Shown here piece by piece: positions 53,661 to 64,000 of a DNA stretch of 64,000 nucleotides (positions are counted from its first letter, which is position 1; the number at the start of each line of letters is the position of its first letter). The translations under genes were made by a program, and so were the position numbers. The notes beneath the pieces were generated by a model. It was given only the letters and a program-made list of their open reading frames with translations, did not search any database and was not told the origin of the DNA. The DNA is from Octopus vulgaris. Taxonomy: Eukaryota. The stretch lies in the NCBI GenBank assembly GCA_951406725.2, contig OX597825.1:31000001-31064000 (forward strand), read 5' to 3'.

Positions 53661-53745
53661 CTCTTACAGCTGTTTCAATTTAGCCCAAAGAATTAATTTC
53701 CAGTAATTAAAACATATTATTAAGCAAAATCTGATCAGAGGAGTA
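53661..53745 (-). ncRNA. Hammerhead-like motif (G8C) in a PLE-type end
   Basis: Minus strand: CT CTGATCA GATTTTGC..GCTAAATT GAAA CAGCTG TA AGAG. Confidence 0.55.
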
Positions 53746-53807
53746 GACAAGACAAACCATTAGGTTGTTAGATGTTATATATATTTATCGAATAATAATA
53801 TATATAT

Positions 53808-54128
53808 CAATTGCAGCATGAAAGGTGTTTATAAGCCATTTAAGAAACACACAACAACTGTTAGATTCACTTAATTTAAATTGCCAAAATATTTTCGTCT
53901 CTTTGAGAACATGACCTGAGAACATGCTGCATCGGAATTTTGTTCCTGAACAGGTCGCGATCTCAAAGTGATGAAAATATTTTGGCAAATTAAATTTAAA
54001 CGTTGAAGTGAATCTAACGGTTTTTGTGTTTCTTAAATGACTTATAAACACCTTCCATACTGCAATTGTTTTCTTTCTAACACACAGTCCCAGATCAGAT
54101 CACTTGCTATGCAAGTACATCTCCGTAA
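53808..54128. mobile_element. Fold-back element (arms 53808-53918 / 53951-54068) with HHR-like fold
   Basis: Inverted arms of about 110 bp; plus strand 53946-53986 reads CTGAACA G GTCGC..GTGAT GAAA ATAT TT. Confidence 0.75.
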
Positions 54129-54329
54129 TATATATATCTAATAAGAGAAAAGAATATGGGTATAACTTGGTCCTTCTTTATTCCAGTTGTTACATACGTT
54201 TCAGTTTTTCACTAACACATTATGTCACATTACGAAGGTAACCAGTAGATGCAAGTTATAGGGCAAACATGGAGCAAACACATTGTCAGACAATCGATAA
54301 AGAGAGACAAATATTATTCTCTTAGTAAC

Positions 54330-54560
54330 AATGATTTCAAATTTTTTTACAAGGCCAGCAATTTCAGGTGGGGGTAAGTTGATTACATCGACCCATCTTC
54401 AACTGTTGCTTGTTCTATCAAACCCCGACAGGATAAAAGGTAAAATCGATGTTGGCAGTATTTGAACTCAGAACATAAAGGCAGATGAAATTCCACAAAG
54501 CATTTGGTTCAGTGTGCCAATGGTTCTGCCAGCTTGCAGGACTTAATAATAATAATAATG

Positions 54561-54652
<92 letters not shown>

Positions 54653-55210
54653 CATCATCATCATCATCATCCTTTCTACTGGAAGCACAAGGCCTCAAAT
54701 TTGGGGGAAGGGATTAACTTTTTATTTTACTGAGCAATCCTTGTAAATTTCCCATCTCATTAATATCACAGCAATTATCTTCCCTACACACAATGACGGA
54801 TGCATATGAGGTTAAATTTCTTTGAAGGAAGTAAGGGATTACATCAAACCCAGTGCATAACTGCTACTAATTTTATCGACCCTGAAAGGATGAAATGCAA
54901 AGTTAACATCAGTGGAATTTGAACTCAGAACATAGCAGTAGAAGAATTGCCACTGAGCATGTTACCTGGTAAGCTAAAGATTCTGCCAGCTCGCCACCTT
55001 AGTAATAATAATAATAATTTCAAATTTTTGCACAAAGCCAGCAATTTTGTGAGAAGGAGCAACATTGACCCCAGTATTGAACTGGTACCTGTTTTATTGA
55101 TTCAAAAATGATGAAAGGCAAAGTGAAACTCAGCAGAATTTGAATTCAAAATGTAAAGGTGAACAAAATGCCATTAAGCATTTTGTGTGGCATGTTAACG
55201 AATCTGCCTT
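54330..55210 (-). mobile_element. Three tandem SINE family B copies (about 54330-54538, 54668-55000, 55018-55210)
   Basis: Repeated GGATGAAAGGCAAAG..TTTGAACTCAGAA..CTGCCAGCT separated by (AAT)n tails. Confidence 0.85.
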
Positions 55211-56714
55211 AATAATAAAAACGATTTCAACAACAACAACAACAACAACAGCAAAGAAAGGTTTTGCATAAGAAGGGTACTAAACTTTGATACGGTGTAT
55301 AATTGATATAATTGCTTGTGACTATTTGATCAACTTTGTAATGAGGAAATGTAAAGTCAGCTTTGAGCAGAATTTGAAGTTCAATGCAAAGTGACATAAT
55401 ATAAAATTACAAAGCATTTAGGTCTGATGCTGTTCAGGGTTAAACCCCCCCGCCCCACTAATCATCATTGAATAGTTCTAGAAAAAGTCTCTGTTTCTAT
55501 GGCGCTACCAAGTGGTGAGAGGCAGAGGATTTCTCTTGCCAGGTTTTCACATTCAGATAGAAACAATTTTTATTGTCATTTCCATAGTTTCCTCTGGCAT
55601 TATTTTAAGACTGCAACAGCACAATGGAATATTTTCTCCTCAGCAAATAGAAAATATGTTAGAAATTCCTAACATTACATTTATCTCCAGCATCTTAAAC
55701 AAGCAAACAAAGAAACAAACAGACAAAAACCATGTCTGATGGGGAGAATTTTTGTCTCTATTTATGTATATTAGCTGTTCATATAATTTTTCTCCAAAGT
55801 TGTTATCTATTGATGGATATTTCTTAGTGATGTTGAAGAAATTTATTGTAGTGTATAAATCAAATTTATGAAAATTGTCATCACTGTTGCCATTGTCAAC
55901 ACAATTATCTTCATTTGATATCCATTATTTTTCTCCATGCTGGCATCAGTTTGGATGGATCTGCAGTATGACATACATCCCTCTTTGGTTTGACCTTGAG
56001 TTGGAATATTTACAGACTTAACATCTTCATGTTTCTTTAGCTTCTGTCGCATGCACTTTTCATTGACAGAATACACAACTTTTTATTTTACTGAGCAATC
56101 CTTGTTAATTCCTCATCTCATTAATATCATAGCAGTTATCTTCCCTACGCACAATGATGGATGCATATGAGGATAAATTTCTTTGCAGATGTTTTTGCAG
56201 ATGTTTCCATAAGCTGAAGTAATCATCCAATGTCTGTGGAATTAAAACAGCTTATGGAAACATAAGAGTAAGATAAGATACTACCAATTCCTTGATCACA
56301 ATTTTAAATCTTATAAAGACATTTCATCAGAACATCTCAGTAGAACACTTTATTCTTTGTTACCTTGATTCTCTATGTTGTTTAACCACAGATCAGATCT
56401 GTTCAAGTAAACCCATAATTAAAAGACAATCTAGCCATGACCATCTTGTCTATGTTGTATTTTTCAGATTTAGTAAAAAGAGAATCACATGACTCAATAT
56501 GTTGTACTTTTTTAAATAGTTGAGCATGAATTGAAGATTTGGCTACTGTTTATAGTAAATCAATCTCACACACAGAAGCTCCTGCAGAGGCTCATTTTAC
56601 ACGATATCAAGAATGGTCAGCAGGCTATCTAATAATGTTACCTGTGTTGATAAGCCAGTGTCCTGTTATGAGCTTTACACTTTGAAATCTTAACCACTAT
56701 GCCATATACCCACA

Positions 56715-57003
56715 AGCATATGGTGTAGTGGTTAAGAGTGCAGGCTACTAACCCCAAGATTCTGAGTTTGATTCCAGGCAGTTACCTGGATGATGATGAT
56801 GATGACGACGATGACGACAACAACAACAACAACAACAACAACAACCACCACCACCACCTTAGGAATGAGAACCCAGGTTCGAAATTTCCCCAAGACACCT
56901 GATGAAGGCTGGAGGGTATATTAGCCGAAACGTAGTGTTAACAACAAACAAGATGAGGACAAATATCCATCAAATGTAAATAATGTAAATAATGAAAATA
57001 ATG
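56715..57003 (+). mobile_element. tRNA-headed short element carrying a hammerhead ribozyme
   Basis: A box TGGTGTAGTGG 56721-56731, B-box-like GAGTTTGATTCC 56764-56775, trinucleotide linker, HHR, (AATGTAAAT)n-like tail. Confidence 0.7.
56894..56939 (+). ncRNA. Minimal type-I hammerhead ribozyme with intact core
   Basis: GACAC CTGATGA A GGCTGG agggtata TTAGCC GAAA CG TA|GTGTT; stem I 5 bp (one G.U), stem II 6 bp (two G.U), palindromic ACGT stem III, GUA cleavage triplet. Confidence 0.8.
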
Positions 57004-57136
57004 AGCTCAATATCATTATATATTTTTGATATTCAGTGTTATATCTGCATTAATAGAAGCTTCATAAAACACTAATTTCCCTAATTATACATATATAAAA
57101 AAATATTATGTATACATATATATATATATATATATA

Positions 57137-57335
57137 GGGAGAGTTTACAAAAGAAACAAAAGACGAAGACAGGTGATGTACAAAACAAACAGATGTATTA
57201 GTATAACGCTCAGGAATAGAAAAAGTCTTTTACGTTTTGAGCCTACGCTCTTCTACAGAAAGGGGCACAGAAAAAATAAGGAGAGAAACAAGGAGAGAAA
57301 AAAACAAGGAGAGAAAAAAACAAGGAGAGAAACAA
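57137..57335 (-). mobile_element. Penelope-type terminal repeat with A6U HHR-like motif (57227-57262)
   Basis: Minus strand: CTTT CTGTAGA A GAGC gtag GCTC AAAA CG TA AAAG; homologous to the 3885 and 21288 copies. Confidence 0.75.
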
Positions 57336-57502
57336 TATATATACATGCACACACATGAAGCCTTCATCAGACTAAGCTGACCAAGACTTCAAAGTCACTT
57401 TTAACACATTTTTAAAGAATAATATGTACTCTACAGACTGTATTGAGTATCCTTCAGTTTAATGTAGAATTATTTCTATTATAACTTAACAAAACACACC
57501 AA

Positions 57503-57676
57503 GCTGACCAGTCAAAATGCTTAGCAACATTTCTTCTGGCTTTACATTCTGAATTCATATGCTGCCAAGGTAGACTTTGCCTTTCATCCCTTCAGTGTTG
57601 ATAAAATAAATACCAGTTGATGTAATCGACTTATCCCCTTTCCCAAAACTGCTTGCCTTGTGCCAAATTTTGAAAC
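57503..57676 (+). mobile_element. SINE family B
   Basis: GACTTTGCCTTTCATCCC..GATAAAATAA. Confidence 0.78.
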
Positions 57677-58558
57677 TTGCTCTTAGTTCTTCAAGACAAT
57701 CAAGATGGTCCAATTCATAGTTCTTTATGGTTTTATAGCTAGTTAATCTTCATTCATTGTGATTGAATGTAGTCTTCTCAAATGTTTCTGGAGGAATTTT
57801 TGTCATTTTATATAATTATACTTTCCTTCAGAATTATGTCTCACTTTCATGGTGCCCCAGAAAGAATTCAAAGAAAAAGAAGTAATGATGGCAATGGCAA
57901 GAAATGTGTGAAGATTTGACTGCTACCATTTTACTCATGGTCTGTTATTTGAAGCAAAGAGTTGAAACGAAATGTGATGAAGACTTGGCTGAAAATTAAT
58001 AGCTAATGAAATTATTACTTTATAAGAAACAAACATTGATTGAATTTTATTGATAAATATCAATTCAAAAGTGAAATGTAACTTGTATTGAATCAAAAGC
58101 GTTTGTCAGTGGAACAAATGTGTCTATCAAGTGATAACTGGAAGTGAGGAAGTTATGTGTTTTCAAAGAAAGAAATCACAATATATCAATGAAATTGGGA
58201 AATGTAAGCAACGACGCCGATGATGATGATGATGATGATGATGATGATCAAATTGCTATAATATTGTGTATGGAAATTTCCACAGATGTATTCAGTGAAT
58301 TGCTATCAGTTGCATCTTCTTTTGAGAAATGAGCATGGAATGATTTTGATAAATTTGGGTAAAAATGACATCAATTTGTTTGGAAAAAAAAAAAAAATCT
58401 GCTGAGAAAGAAAATTCTTTTGATTAACATAAAATATGTATTGTCTTTATAATTATTATAATTATTATAATTTTGATTTCCAAATTAGCCTGTGTTTAAC
58501 TGGCTGTCAAAATCCAAGTTAGTTCTTACTCAGAAGCTGGAAAGAAGAAAGTGTAGAC

Positions 58559-58777
58559 CAGTGGTTTTCAACCAGGGTTCCGCGGAACCTTAGGGTTCCG
58601 CCAGTCCAGTCCAGGGGTTCCACAAGAAGTTACAAAACTGCTAAAATTGGCAGTAATTTTTAATTCTCCTGTACAGATAAGTGTGCATAAGACTATTAAA
58701 TTATTGCACAGGGGTTCCCCGAGCCAGTGGAATGTTTCCTTGGGGTTCCGCTCCAGCAAAAAGTTTGAAAAGCACTG
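58559..58777. mobile_element. hAT (Charlie-type) MITE
   Basis: TIRs CAGTGGTTTTCAACC / GTTTGAAAAGCACTG; 8-bp TSD GTGTAGAC / GTCTAGAC fitting the NTCTAGAN preference; subterminal GGGTTCC repeats. Confidence 0.92.
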
Positions 58778-59059
58778 GTCTAGACAGAAGAACAAGAAGG
58801 GAATGAAGGAAGATTGTATGGAGAAGCTGACGGTTGGTTAGCAATGGGTTAGAATGGTTCCCCAAACATCTGACATCTTATGAGGAATGTCTTATAAATT
58901 TTGATATAGAACAAAGCGTATCTGAAAATGTGTTCAATAAATTCTATTGATCAACTGTTTTTCCCTCTGAGTTTTCTACACAAGCCTTGTATATGCAAGA
59001 TGCAAACTAACAATTAACCATGATCGACTGGATCATATTATACTGATTCATACAACCAC

Positions 59060-59095
<36 letters not shown>

Positions 59096-59460
59096 TATTT
59101 AAAGTCCGTTGCCCATGCTGGCATGGGTTGGATGGTTTGACAAGAGCTGGCAAGTGGGGGGGGGGAATAAGCCAGACACCAGTCTGTTGAGGCATGGTTT
59201 CTATGGCTGATGCCCTTCCTAACACCAACCACTTTACAGAGTGGGCTGAGCGCTTTTATGTAGCACTGCACAGGTGCTTTTACATGGCACTTTGACAAAT
59301 GGCTTGCGCCACCAGAAGGATCAGTCTTAAAACTTCTGTTGTGGAGTAAAGATCGCTTGCGTATGGCAAGGTTCTGGGAATCTCAGCCCTTTATCATCTT
59401 GATTGAAAGGTTCAGTGTCCTGAGATTGTTCTTCAGTACTTAATCCCATGTCTTCCTGGG
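59060..59460 (-). mobile_element. RTE LINE 3' end
   Basis: (CAT)n, UTR and decayed PRKTWD* coding trace. Confidence 0.78.
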
Positions 59461-59494
59461 ATCATTCACCCCACCCCCATATATATATATATAT

Positions 59495-59783
59495 GCAATG
59501 GCCCAGTGGTTAGGACAGCGGACTCATGGTCGTAGGATCGCAGTTTCGATTCCCAGACCAGGCATTGTGTGTGTTTATTCAGCGAAAACACCTAAAGCTC
59601 CACGAGGCTCCAGCAGAGGGTGATGGCAATCGCTGCTGTATTCTTTCACCACACGTTTCTCTCACTCTTTCTTCTGTTGGCCTGCTCACTCAGCCAGCAG
59701 GGTGGCATCATTTGAAGGCTAAAACAATGCGAAGCGCATTGTGACCAGCGATGTGTAGCAATGTCTAATAGCCTGGTCGGTCT
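59495..59783 (+). mobile_element. SINE family C with tail type 3
   Basis: Colinear with 32186-32487. Confidence 0.9.
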
Positions 59784-59786
59784 CAA

Positions 59787-60018
59787 GCGAGGTCGTTGCC
59801 AGTATCGTCTGACTGGACCCCGTGCCAGTGGTACATAAAAGCACCCACTACACTCTCAGAGTGGTTGGCGTTAGGAAGGGCATCCAGTTATAGAAACACA
59901 ACCAGATCAAGACTGGAGCCTGGTGCAGCCATCTGGTTCGCCAGCCCACAGTCAAACCATCCAACCCATGCTAGCATGGAAAGCGGATGTTAAATGATGA
60001 TGATGATGATGGTGATGA
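59787..60018 (+). mobile_element. RTE LINE 3' UTR
   Basis: GGTTGGCGTTAGGAAGGGCATCCAG..CATGGAAAGCGGATGTTAAATGATGA. Confidence 0.85.
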
Positions 60019-60322
60019 TATACTAACACATGTAAGATTCAATCAGAATGTACATATATATATATATATGCATGCCTGCATGTGTGCTTTATTGTCTCTT
60101 TGCCTTGACATCACATGATAGTTGTAAACAAGTGTCACCATCATGCATGCAGTGTCCTTCATTCTGAATCTTCCATAAAACACATCTGGTCATAGGGGGA
60201 ATGTTACCTTACTTGGAAACAGGTCAGGGTTTGCAACAGAAAGGGCACCCAGCTGTAAAAAAAACCCAACGTATCGAATGCTGTTCAACCAAAGCATGTG
60301 TGGAAAAGGGAACATTAAAAAA

Positions 60323-60399
<77 letters not shown>

Positions 60400-60411
60400 C
60401 GATGATGATGC

Positions 60412-60458
<47 letters not shown>

Positions 60459-60608
60459 TGATGATGATGATGATGATGACGATGATGATTATGATGGTGG
60501 TGGTGGTGGTGGTGGTTTTGGTGGTGGTGATGGTAATGACAACAATGATGATGATGATGATGATGGAGATGATGATAACGATGGTTATAGTAATGGGGAT
60601 GATGATAA
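60323..60608. repeat. (GAT)n/(GGT)n array
   Basis: Direct reading. Confidence 0.96.
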
Positions 60609-60983
60609 TTGACAGAACAAGAGGAGAAACAGCCATATCAATAGTTGAGTAGATATTCCTTTTATGTTTCAATTGGCAGAAAGTTATAAAAACGAATCAT
60701 CAGGGCCTGAAAGTTTAGAATGTGGCATCATTCAAACATTGATAAAAGGCATCACAGATTCTTATCATTTCAAACATCTTTTTAACATTTCTCCCAATTA
60801 AAAATTGAAAAGGATACATGCACGCTCCCCATTCCCCCCCCCCATACATCATACATACACACATTCATTTATATACACTGCCAAATAAACATCATATGTA
60901 CACTATATATATAAATATATGTGCATGTGCGTGTGTGTATGTATATTTATATGTATATGTATGTATATTTACATGTATATGTG

Positions 60984-61019
<36 letters not shown>

Positions 61020-61079
61020 TACACACACAAATGTATATGTTGCTGCTTTTATACATTTATACATATATGTATATATGTA

Positions 61080-61150
<71 letters not shown>

Positions 61151-61203
61151 GTGTGTATATATAAATATATATATACACACACACATGTATATATAAAAAT
61201 GTA

Positions 61204-61877
61204 TAGGGTGATCACAAAGTCAGGGACCATGGGAGATATCAAGTATGCTTTATTAGCAACGAAGTAGGCAATCCATTGCAAATGTTCAAAGTGTTGGCCA
61301 TGAAGCTCTAAACAAGTGTCCATATGGAATTTGAAATTCCGATGAACCCTCTCAAATAGTTGTGCATTGCCACTGACTTGTTCACATGCTTCAACAATTC
61401 TTTGAAGATGTCCTTGGTCACAGATATTTTCAAAATACACATGGGATTTAATATAGCCCTAGAAGAAAAAGTCTATGGGAGTTAAATCTGGGGACTCTGG
61501 TGCCCATTCAATTGGCCCTGGAAAATGTTCTTTTAGAAAATCATGAACCTATAATGCATAATGGGGCAGAGCCCCATCCTGCTGAAACCAGACATGATTT
61601 CCCCTTCCAAGTGAATGATTTCCCCTTCCAAGTGAAGCACCATCTTGTTGCCAAGCATGTCCAAATATGAATTACCCATCACAGAGCCCTAAAAAAAAAA
61701 AATTGTGCCAAATCCCACACTACACCATTACCTTGCCCCCATCTTGTTGATTATCTGCCTGCATCCAATGAGGATTGGTTTGTGAGTAATATCAGCAGTT
61801 GTGAAAAGAGATAAAAAAAAGAGAATGTTAGCAATTTCACATAATGCAAGCTGGTGCGTGACTTTAGGGCCACCCTG
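61204..61877 (-). mobile_element. Internally deleted Tc1/mariner (rosa/DD41D-like)
   Basis: TA-flanked TIRs TAGGGTGATCACAAAGTC / GACTTTAGGGCCACCCTG; minus strand WFQQDGALPHY..EWAPESPDLTPIDFFF*GYIKSHVY..GQHFEHL. Confidence 0.9.
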
Positions 61878-62312
61878 TACACACATATATACATTTATAT
61901 GTAGTATCCTACATATGATCAAATTCTCTTAACAAGCCTAAAGAATTCAACTGGACAAAATTTGAAAGCTTGCAAATGTATTAATGTTTTGGTTTATAAT
62001 TTGAAATCTTGTTTGTTCAACAAGTGTAGCTTACTTCAATATGTTGAAACGTAAGTGGAATTGCCCCTTTGTACTTCTTTTATACATGCCTTAAGAATTT
62101 CAGAATTGGATAATGCTCATGGTTGTTGAAATAACAAAGAGCTTTAAGCTAAGAACGAGTGTATGCAATTGTTGTTACTGATCTATGGCATCACCATTAA
62201 TCACCATCTTAACTATACTTTCCCATACTTGCATGATGTACGTGTTTACATATATGTTTGTATGTATGCATATATTTTTATTATCTCCTATATATATATA
62301 TATATATATATA

Positions 62313-62347
<35 letters not shown>

Positions 62348-62399
62348 CATATACGTACACAAAGATAGCTAGACAGACAGGTAACTACATAGACAGACT

Positions 62400-62821
62400 T
62401 GTACCGTCAGAAATAAAAGCACATGTTCTCTACAAAAGCAATGCATGTGTCATAATGTAATATAGAGATGTACAGTGAATGCTAGAGGAGGCACAGATGT
62501 ATGTATAGGGACCTCTGCAAATTTTTCAGAGACAGATATCGCAACCAAATTCCATGTTTCAGCAGAATTGATAAGAGATATTATAACTCACTAGCAGACC
62601 TCATATGGAGACTTAAAAAATATATTAAAAAATTAGTTATTATTTGGTCCATCATAAAGAACATACATCCATATGATGTCTTTTCTAGGAATGTGTGCTC
62701 TGAAGAATCCCTGTATATTTTGCTGAGTAAAGAGAACTTAGTCAACACATACTCTGTGAGACTTATAAGGTATAACCACACACTCAAATACACATTTTCA
62801 CAATATCATAGAAACAATTAA
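62400..62821 (+). pseudogene. Penelope-like GIY-YIG endonuclease domain (Naiad-like), disrupted
   Basis: C.VRNKSTCSLQKQCMCHNVI*RC..VCIGTSA, frameshift, FRDRYRNQ..F..SLADLIWRLK..IWSII..VCSEE..IL..NLVN..NH..KY. Confidence 0.85.
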
Positions 62822-63209
62822 TAATTAGGAATATCTTTAGTTAGCAAGCTTAATTTTGCTTCCTGTTTACATAGACTGATATTTGTCTTGACTAAATGTA
62901 CTAAGTATCTGATTTCAGGATTTCACAGGATAGTTTGATGTTTCAATTGAATATACATGTGTGTGTGTGAGTGCAAGCGTGCGTGTATATATATGTAACA
63001 TTTTGGACTAATAGGTATATGTCAATAAGTGTGTGGAAGTGTTGAGTAGAGCACAGACATGGTTTGAGCTGTCTGGTGTCATCCACAGTTGGGGTATATT
63101 CCCGTTGGATCTACTTCAGGAATTCTCATGATTGTACAAAATAAAAGACTAATATCAAATCCATCTTCTGGTTACTTAATCAATTATTATTATTATTATC
63201 ATCATTATA

Positions 63210-63385
63210 TAGGAGTGGCTGTGTGGTAAGTAGCTTGCTTACGAACCACATGGTTCCGGGTTCATTCCCACTGTGTGGGACCTTGGGCAAGTGTCTTCTA
63301 CTATAACCTCGGGCCGACTAAAGCCTTGTGAGTGGATTTGGTAGATGGAAACTGAAAGAAGCCCATCATTTGTCCCGCCAACATC
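63210..63385 (+). mobile_element. SINE family A, 5' part
   Basis: AGGAGTGGCTGTGTGG..CCTTGGGCAAGTGTCTT. Confidence 0.88.
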
Positions 63386-63539
63386 TAGATACGGATATAT
63401 AATATATAGATAGATACACATATATGTATGCACTTGTGTGTGCGTGCGTGTGTGTACACACACATATGCATATATATATGACATATATTTATATGTATAT
63501 ACTTCTATACACACACATATATATGCATATATGTATGAA

Positions 63540-63582
<43 letters not shown>

Positions 63583-64000
63583 ATGCATGTATGTATTGCA
63601 GATTTTCCTAACAGAATTTTCAAATATTAAATTCGATTTATGGCAAAAATAGATGCTACGTACAGGTTAAGAGTTAACTATATTTCTTAACATGATTAAA
63701 GGATGTCTAGATTGGTAGCAAGAATAACTATGAAAAACATTAGCAATAGTAAATAGCTCAAATTCTTCAACACTCTTTAAGATACCCATTAATTGCTAGA
63801 CAGTTAGTATCATAATTGAAGAAACATTTGGACTGGCTCTTATTGTTGTGGTTTAAATCAAAGTTAGCCTGAATCAAGCATACATGTGATGGAAAGCATT
63901 CTGGTTATGACCACCTTGTTTTTTTATTAGGCATAATGTATTTAGAACTATATTACTGCATTTTCCAGTGTACAAGTCAATATAGTTTAAACATGTAGAT

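Noticed and set aside
57760-58460. Acidic coding-like stretch suggestive of a DNA transposon N-terminus
   Set aside because: Multiple stops and no diagnostic motif or termini.

Overview
This is AT-rich, microsatellite-saturated animal DNA with no supportable host protein-coding gene. Almost every ORF in the track is a translated (TA)n, (CA)n, (ATT)n or (GAT)n repeat, or a decayed transposon. The repeat families suggest an octopus/coleoid intron or intergenic region (inference, not database-checked). Contents: many copies of at least 4 tRNA-derived SINE families; 5'-truncated RTE, CR1 and R4/Dong-like LINE fragments; Tc1/mariner, hAT and piggyBac relics; and a dense set of Penelope-like element (PLE) remnants. 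The most notable signal is RNA-structural. About ten minimal type-I hammerhead ribozyme (HHR) motifs or half-motifs from several PLE-type families can be read directly, many in fold-back arrangements next to (TA)n. One with an intact catalytic core lies at the 3' end of a tRNA-headed element (56715-57003), making it a candidate Pol III SINE/retrozyme mobilised by Penelope. One family carries a pyrimidine at the normally conserved HHR position A6. Several TE-free, TAAT-rich islands may be cis-regulatory. Boundaries of decayed repeats are approximate (about +/-20 nt).
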